Assembly: GCA_045106435.1 (NCBI GenBank)
Contig: JBGCEN010000084.1
Span: 9,231-73,230, forward strand
Source of the DNA: Rhodothermales bacterium
Lineage (GTDB): Bacteria; Bacteroidota; Rhodothermia; Rhodothermales; JAHQVL01
Direction: 5' to 3'
Length of the DNA: 64,000 nt
Made by a program: the position numbers and the translations under genes. Positions 58,965 to 64,000 of the stretch are shown one piece after another. Position 1 is the stretch's first letter; every line of letters begins with the position of its first letter. The notes below the pieces were generated by a model. That model saw nothing but the letters and a program-made list of their open reading frames with translations. It had not been told where the DNA came from and made no database searches.

Positions 58965-59834
58965 TTACTTTTTTTCTTCGATGTAATCTATAAGAGAGCG
59001 AGTGTTTTCATTTTTGCGACCGGTTGTAAGTTGCTTTGGGTTCTCATATTTGGAATTCAAAAACCTGAACCGGGGCTGGGAATTTGCTTTCTTGATAGAC
59101 ACACCAACTTCTTCGAGAAGCAATGGCATTTCTGTCATCGATGATCTCTGAAGGGTTGATTTGGTTCGCCGGCTATCAGACTCTTTCCAGAGCGCTGATA
59201 GTTTTTTCCTCATTACATGCGATCTCAATTTGCGTTTGTTGCGTTGCTCATCAAGATGCATTCTCCTTGTATCAAGTTGCTCTTTGCGCTCTTCAATAGC
59301 AGCCAGATAGGAATACGCTGTGGTATCTCTTTCGGCCATCATGATTGGATCTACACTTTGAATCCAGAAGGCAAAGAAAAACATTAGAGGTGCTGAACTA
59401 GGCAAAATCCATTGGTAATAAATGGAAAGCCAGTCATTCGCAGTACCGGTTTGGGCTTGTGCGAGGATACCAGCCGTGGCATAAAAAAGGGCCAACAAGC
59501 CGGCAAACTTTCCAATGCGAAGCATTTTGCCGACAAGGTGACCTGCTTTCCAGTATTTATAAATAGACCAGAGCATGAGTTCGACGCTCAGGATTCCTAC
59601 GAGCACAAAAATGAAAAAGAGTCCATTTTCTGCTCTGTGCCATGCATTGATGGCATTATGCGCACCCGAATAGAAAAGGAATATGACATGAATCCAATCT
59701 AGCGCCGGCATATCCCGTTTGTTTATGCTAGAAGAGATCGTTGCTTTCCCATTTCGGGCCTGGGCACGAAAAGTTGATTTTACTTGGTTTCCATTGGTGC
59801 CGCTTCGAGCTGTTTTAATAGGGCTTTGTGCCAT
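58965..59834 (-). CDS. Hypothetical membrane protein (4 predicted TM helices) with a long basic coiled-coil C-terminal tail
   Basis: 289-aa ORF starting 24 nt after the lexA-like stop. TM segments WIHVIFLFYSGAHNAINAW, GLFFIFVLVGILSVELMLWSIY, FAGLLALFYATAGILAQA and ILPSSAPLMFFFAFWIQSV. The tail is rich in Arg/Lys/Glu. Confidence 0.65.
   Translation of the reverse strand: MAQSPIKTARSGTNGNQVKSTFRAQARNGKATISSSINKRDMPALDWIHVIFLFYSGAHNAINAWHRAENGLFFIFVLVGILSVELMLWSIYKYWKAGHLVGKMLRIGKFAGLLALFYATAGILAQAQTGTANDWLSIYYQWILPSSAPLMFFFAFWIQSVDPIMMAERDTTAYSYLAAIEERKEQLDTRRMHLDEQRNKRKLRSHVMRKKLSALWKESDSRRTKSTLQRSSMTEMPLLLEEVGVSIKKANSQPRFRFLNSKYENPKQLTTGRKNENTRSLIDYIEEKK
58968..58974 (-). other. Canonical -1 slippery heptamer A_AAA_AAG, in phase and immediately before the stop codon of the 58965..59834 ORF
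   Basis: The minus strand reads gaA AAA AAG TAA, with zero-frame codons AAA AAG (plus-strand T7 at 58969-58975). The -1 frame continues GTA AAG GGC ... with no stop into the 58717..58905 ORF. Confidence 0.5.
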
Positions 59835-59858
59835 GATAATACGCTAACTAGAAATAGA

Positions 59859-60554
59859 TCAATTGAGAAACAAGTTGATCTCAGTGATTGACTGTCGGGA
59901 GGAAAACCAGCGGACATCGCCATCGCTGTGGTTTATAACGGCTTCCAGTCTGCCTAGAATCTTGAATGAATCAGACTCACTGACTGGAATATGGATCGTA
60001 TCATACATGGGATTGCTAGGCACCAAACGGAGAAAGCCTGAGTCGCGATAAATCCGCTTCAAGGTTGTCTCCCCATTGACGATGACAGCGCCTATCTGGC
60101 CATCCTGAACTTCTACATTACGCAGCAATACACAGTCGCCATCGTAAATATCGTCTCCAATCATGGAGTCTCCATCCACCTGGAATGCATAAAGCTGGTG
60201 CACATTAGATAGCTTGCCGGCAAAACGAACAAATCCAAGTTCATCTTGAATTGCCTCTTGAAGGTGACCAGCTGTAATGCTGCCCACAATCGCAATGTCC
60301 GTGTAGTCTTTTTGCGAGACAAGTTTGAACCATCCCTGGTTGTCTTTTAGAATATGCCCTTTTTGGTGAAGGGTATCGAATAGTTTGGAAAGGCCATCAG
60401 AAGTAAGCCGGCTAAAATACTCTTTGATTTCGCGTGAAAAAGTATCACGAATGTCCTGTCCACCTTCTGGGGAAGAAAAGCTTAATCCATGTTCTTTTAG
60501 GAGATTAAGAAGAGATTTTTCGTTAGGTGTAAGATTATGTTGTTCGTTTTCCAT
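59859..60554 (-). CDS. lexA: LexA-type transcriptional repressor (S24 self-cleaving peptidase)
   Basis: N-terminal winged-helix-like region (LTPNEKSLLNLLKEHG...LHQKGHILKD). Ala95-Gly96 (VGSITAGHL), Ser130 (DGDSM) and Lys166 (TTLKRIY). The Ala-Gly to Ser spacing of 35 residues matches E. coli LexA (A84/G85, S119, K156). Confidence 0.85.
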   Translation of the reverse strand: MENEQHNLTPNEKSLLNLLKEHGLSFSSPEGGQDIRDTFSREIKEYFSRLTSDGLSKLFDTLHQKGHILKDNQGWFKLVSQKDYTDIAIVGSITAGHLQEAIQDELGFVRFAGKLSNVHQLYAFQVDGDSMIGDDIYDGDCVLLRNVEVQDGQIGAVIVNGETTLKRIYRDSGFLRLVPSNPMYDTIHIPVSESDSFKILGRLEAVINHSDGDVRWFSSRQSITEINLFLN

Positions 60555-60587
60555 GATGATGTTTGAGTAATCTCAATAAGATATTGC

Positions 60588-60620
60588 ACATATAGCATGT
60601 GACATGTGTAATATATGTGT
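60588..60620. promoter_or_regulatory. Nested palindromes upstream of lexA; candidate operator
   Basis: cacatat (60588-60594) pairs with atatgtg (60614-60620). The inner palindrome is catgt-g-acatg (60597-60607). The site lies 34-66 nt upstream of the lexA start, in a divergent promoter region. Confidence 0.4.
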
Positions 60621-60766
60621 TATTCGTTCCTGCGTCAAGTTTAATCTGAAAATTATTTTTCTTTAACCAGGTATGATCCTGTGTTTGAATTTTTAATGGT
60701 CGGTTTATTCTTATAATGGCACTTTATAGGCGTAATTCTTTTCTACTGACTTTCCCCGCCGGTACC

Positions 60767-61864
60767 ATGAGAGCTTATTTACTTCTTCTTACCGTTTGTT
60801 TTGTCCATACAGGATTTGCTCAGCAAGGGCGTTCTGTTACCGATCTTAAAACCGAAAATGTGTTTCTCATAACCCTGGATGGTTTGAGATGGCAAGAATT
60901 GTTTACGGGATCAGATGCGCTGCTCGTGGAAAACGAAAAGTATGTCGGCAATCCTGCTGCACTAACAAACCAGTTCCACAAGGGAGATGCAAACGCTAGA
61001 AGAAAAACGCTCATGCCTTTTTTCTGGAGTGAATTACTCCAAAAAGGGCAGATTTACGGGAATAGGGCATTGGGTTGTGACGTGAATCTTACCAACAACG
61101 AGTGGTTTTCCTATCCGGGCTATAATGAGATTTTGACGGGCCGCGCTGATGTGAATATTACCAGTAATGATAAGATCCCCAATCCTAATACTACGGTATT
61201 GGAGTTTGTAAATAGGCAAGCCGGCTTTGAAGGCCGAGTTGCTGCCTTTGGTTCTTGGGATGTATTCCCATACATCGTTAACGAGGAGCGAAGCGGCGTA
61301 CCGGTGAATGCCGGCTTTGAAGCGGCTAAAGGAGAAGATTTGACACCGCGAGAACAGTTTTTGAATGATCTGCAAGAAGAAATTCCCAGCCCTTGGGGGA
61401 CCGTCCGGCTCGATGCTTTTACGCACCATTATGCGCTGGAGTATCTAAAGAAAAAACATCCTAAACTTTTGTACATCGCTTATGGCGAAACGGATGATTT
61501 TGCGCACGATGGTGATTATGAGGCGTACCTGAAATCTGCACACCAAACCGATCAGTTTATCGCTGACCTGTGGGCCTTCACGCAGGAGGATCCTGTATAT
61601 AAAGGCACGACGACGTTTATCATCACGACCGATCATGGCAGGGGCACGGAACCGCTGGATACGTGGCGTGGACACGGGACAGACATTAAAGGGGCAGATC
61701 AAATTTGGATGGCTGTGCTTGGTCCTGATTCGCCGGCGCTTGGCGAAGTGAAAGACTGCAAGCTGTTCCAGAACCAGGTTGCCAGCACTACAGCTGCGTT
61801 TCTGGGTTTTGATTGGGTATCGGTACAAGAGGCTGGAGCAACGATCAGGTCTGCTTTTAAATAA
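60767..61864 (+). CDS. Alkaline-phosphatase-superfamily metalloenzyme (phosphodiesterase/phosphatase-like), secreted
   Basis: Signal peptide from ATG 60767 (MRAYLLLLTVCFVHTGFAQQ). ITLDGLRWQELF (metal-binding Asp region), YGETDDFAHDG and ITTDHGRG motifs typical of the AlkP core fold. Confidence 0.6.
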   Translation: MRAYLLLLTVCFVHTGFAQQGRSVTDLKTENVFLITLDGLRWQELFTGSDALLVENEKYVGNPAALTNQFHKGDANARRKTLMPFFWSELLQKGQIYGNRALGCDVNLTNNEWFSYPGYNEILTGRADVNITSNDKIPNPNTTVLEFVNRQAGFEGRVAAFGSWDVFPYIVNEERSGVPVNAGFEAAKGEDLTPREQFLNDLQEEIPSPWGTVRLDAFTHHYALEYLKKKHPKLLYIAYGETDDFAHDGDYEAYLKSAHQTDQFIADLWAFTQEDPVYKGTTTFIITTDHGRGTEPLDTWRGHGTDIKGADQIWMAVLGPDSPALGEVKDCKLFQNQVASTTAAFLGFDWVSVQEAGATIRSAFK

Positions 61865-61947
61865 ACAGGGTTCGCCTTTTATGTGTGGCTGATATTCTCC
61901 AAGTTCTTCAGTATTCTTTGGGACGTATCAATTATTTACATACCACC

Positions 61948-63591
61948 ATGAAAAAGCTGACGTTTATCAACGTTCTTCTGTTTGTTTTTCTTTTATCTCC
62001 TGCTATTTCTCGTGCGCAGGGTACAGATGAGCCTAATTGGGGACAACCCAATATCGTATGGATTGTAGCAGAAGATTTGGGTCCATATCTGCCGTCCTTT
62101 GGTGATTCAACCATCGAAACGCCAAACTTGAGCCGGCTAGCAGCGGAAGGGGTTAGATATACGCACGTTTTTTCGCCCTCAGGTGTTTGCGCACCCAGCA
62201 GGGCCGCTTTGGCAACCGGCATGTATCAAAATTCCATTGGGGCCCATCACATGCGCAATGGAGGCAATCCGCTTTACTTGCCTGCAGAGGTGACGCCATA
62301 TGAAGCGATGCCTCCGGCCGGTGTCAAGATGCACAGCGAGTACATGCGCCGGCTGGGTTATTATGCAACGAACAATTCAAAAGAAGATTACCAATTCAAA
62401 AAAACTGTAACAGGCTGGGATGAATCCAGCAGAGAGGCGCATTGGAAGAATCGCCCGGATGCTGATCAACCGTTTTTCGCCATATTCAATATTGGCGTTA
62501 CCCATGAATCTCAGATATGGTCGCGTGCAGATGATTCCTTGTGGGTAGATTCCAAGCTTGAAGTGCCCATACCTCCCTACTATCCAAACACAGAAGTTGT
62601 GCGCAATGATATTCGACGGATGTATTCGAATATCAAGATGATGGATGCACAGGTGGGGGAATTACTCAAGGAGCTTGAAGACGCCGGCGAACTCGAAAAT
62701 ACAATTATCTTTTGGTACACGGACCACGGGGGCCCGCTACCTCGGATGAAACGTCTCTTGTATGATTCAGGTATGCGCGTGCCTATGATTATCCGTTTCC
62801 CAAACCAATGGCGTGCAGGTGAGGTAGATGATCAACTGGTGAGCTTTATAGACTTTAAGCCAACAATCATGTCGCTGGTTGGCATCGAGCCGCCGGCCTA
62901 CTTAAAAGGGCAGGGGCAGGCTTTTCTGGGACCCTATAAAGCCAATGCGCCCCGATCTTATGTGCACGGCGCCGGGGATCGCTTTGATGCGCAATATGAC
63001 CATATTCGTGCCGTGCGTGATCAACGTTTCAAGTATCTACGAAATTATAATCCGGACCAGGGCTATTACCTTGCCGTGAAGTATCGAGAACAGATGGCGA
63101 TCATGCAAGAATTGTTGAAGATGCGTGATGCGGGTACACTTAATGATGTACAGATGCAATGGTTCAGGCCGGCCAAGCCTATTGAGGAGCTTTTTGATAC
63201 CAAAGAAGATCCGCATGAAATTAACAACCTGGCCTCAGATCCTGCCTATGTTGAGAAGCTGGCAGAGTTGAGGGCTGAGCATGATCGATGGATTGTTGAG
63301 ATTGACGACAAGGGCCTTATGACCGAGTCAGATTATATTGATTCGATTTGGGAAAATCGTACACAGCCGGTGATGAGTATCCCTGTTGCCAGGAAGGAAG
63401 GGCGTACGGTTGAGTTATCCGTGGCTACCGAAGGTGCTTCAATAGGATACCAGGTCGTGAGAAAGGGGGAAGAAGCGGGAAGTGTATGGCAAGTGTACAC
63501 TGGGCCGGTTGAAGTCAGACGAGGCCGAGAATTACTTGCAATATCTGACCGTATTGGATATAAAGTAAGTGAAGTGCTCCGGGTTCAATAA
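61948..63591 (+). CDS. Sulfatase (formylglycine-dependent arylsulfatase family)
   Basis: Signal peptide from ATG 61948 (MKKLTFINVLLFVFLLSPAISRAQG). Sulfatase signature SPSGVCAPSRAALATGMY (C-x-P-S-R), plus WYTDHGG. Confidence 0.85.
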   Translation: MKKLTFINVLLFVFLLSPAISRAQGTDEPNWGQPNIVWIVAEDLGPYLPSFGDSTIETPNLSRLAAEGVRYTHVFSPSGVCAPSRAALATGMYQNSIGAHHMRNGGNPLYLPAEVTPYEAMPPAGVKMHSEYMRRLGYYATNNSKEDYQFKKTVTGWDESSREAHWKNRPDADQPFFAIFNIGVTHESQIWSRADDSLWVDSKLEVPIPPYYPNTEVVRNDIRRMYSNIKMMDAQVGELLKELEDAGELENTIIFWYTDHGGPLPRMKRLLYDSGMRVPMIIRFPNQWRAGEVDDQLVSFIDFKPTIMSLVGIEPPAYLKGQGQAFLGPYKANAPRSYVHGAGDRFDAQYDHIRAVRDQRFKYLRNYNPDQGYYLAVKYREQMAIMQELLKMRDAGTLNDVQMQWFRPAKPIEELFDTKEDPHEINNLASDPAYVEKLAELRAEHDRWIVEIDDKGLMTESDYIDSIWENRTQPVMSIPVARKEGRTVELSVATEGASIGYQVVRKGEEAGSVWQVYTGPVEVRRGRELLAISDRIGYKVSEVLRVQ

Positions 63592-63629
63592 TTCCTTTTG
63601 CTCATTTATCCATCTAATGCCTGAATAGC

Positions 63630-64000
63630 TTGTCTGAAGAAATTACATACGATTTCAATGCGCCGCTGTTGAAGTCAATCAATGGGTTTTTGAAGCAGCA
63701 TTATGCGCCGGTTCCTGTGGAAATTGCAGAAGCGGTTATCAAAACCGGGAGCCGGCGCGTCATTGTTGTAATTAATGGAAAAACCATTCGTAGGGCGGTC
63801 CAGAACAGTAAACATGGTGAGTTTTTTATGTTGCTGGGCCAGTCTTTGTTGAAAGAGATCGGCGTTGTGTTAGGTGATGATTTAGCCATTTCACTGAAGC
63901 CGGATCCTGACCCAGATTTTGTAGAGCTGGGGGAAGAATTTGCTGAAGTACTTGAGATGGATGAGGCTGCATCGACCCGTTTCTTCTCATTCACTCCTGG
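63630..64000 (+). CDS. DUF1905 / YdeI-like protein, N-terminal part (3' end outside the window)
   Basis: My own translation from TTG 63630: LSEEITYDFNAPLLKSINGFLKQHYAPVPVEIAEAVIKTGSRRVIVVINGKTIRRAVQNSKHGEFFMLLGQSLLKEIGVVLGDDLAISLKPDPDPDFVELGEEFAEVLEMDEAASTRFFSFTPG. The frame is open to the window end. The listed minus-strand ORF 63701..63994 is Ser-rich and looks spurious. Confidence 0.55.
   Translation, partial: MSEEITYDFNAPLLKSINGFLKQHYAPVPVEIAEAVIKTGSRRVIVVINGKTIRRAVQNSKHGEFFMLLGQSLLKEIGVVLGDDLAISLKPDPDPDFVELGEEFAEVLEMDEAASTRFFSFTP

Noticed and set aside
63701-63994. Minus-strand ORF 63701..63994 (Ser-rich 97 aa)
   Set aside because: The + strand frame over the same region gives a coherent DUF1905/YdeI-like sequence that is open to the window end. 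The minus ORF is low-complexity.

Overview
The window looks like chromosomal DNA from a bacterium of the Bacteroidota / Rhodothermota / Balneolota type. The main clue is that at least six predicted secreted proteins end in a type IX secretion (T9SS) C-terminal sorting domain (YPNPF...G.Y pattern). All calls come from reading the sequence and the supplied ORF translations; I ran no database search or computation.

Confidently recognisable genes:
- Housekeeping: aspS, dut, ispE, ispG, a class A PBP, an LpxH-like phosphoesterase, an sbcD-like nuclease, an AmpD-type amidase and an LD-carboxypeptidase.
- Membrane and transport: two tandem rhomboid proteases followed by an EEP-family protein, a sodium:solute symporter, and two large FtsX/MacB-type permeases.
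- Other: a formylglycine-type sulfatase, tRNA-Leu(GAG) and tRNA-Lys(UUU).
- A Wzx/Wzy-type exopolysaccharide locus of about 13 kb (27.2-40.1 kb): Wza, Wzz, Wzy, Wzx, three glycosyltransferases, an FkbM methyltransferase and an embedded T9SS cargo gene.
- T9SS cargo: a 1204-aa beta-helix + 4xPKD protein, an S8 subtilase and its neighbour sharing a two-domain C-terminal module, and an FG-GAP-like repeat protein.

I saw no rRNA, CRISPR array, integrase or classical IS element. The only mobile-type gene is a RAYT (IS200-like Y1 transposase) with an adjacent REPIN-like inverted REP pair.

Observations most worth follow-up:
1. A minus-strand operon at 58.6-60.6 kb encodes a bona fide LexA-type S24 repressor, a 4-TM protein with a basic tail, and a small basic zinc-ribbon ORF. 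The zinc-ribbon ORF lies in the -1 frame and is continuously open from a canonical A_AAA_AAG slippery heptamer placed directly on the upstream stop codon. This could be programmed frameshifting, homopolymer phase variation or an assembly error.
2. The palindrome GCCGGC is strikingly over-represented throughout the window.
3. A degraded 3' remnant of uvrA abuts the end of the giant T9SS gene.
4. A LuxR-type response regulator appears to lack the phospho-acceptor Asp.
5. A dispersed intergenic TCAGT/ACTGA-rich inverted-repeat element family occurs at three or more loci.
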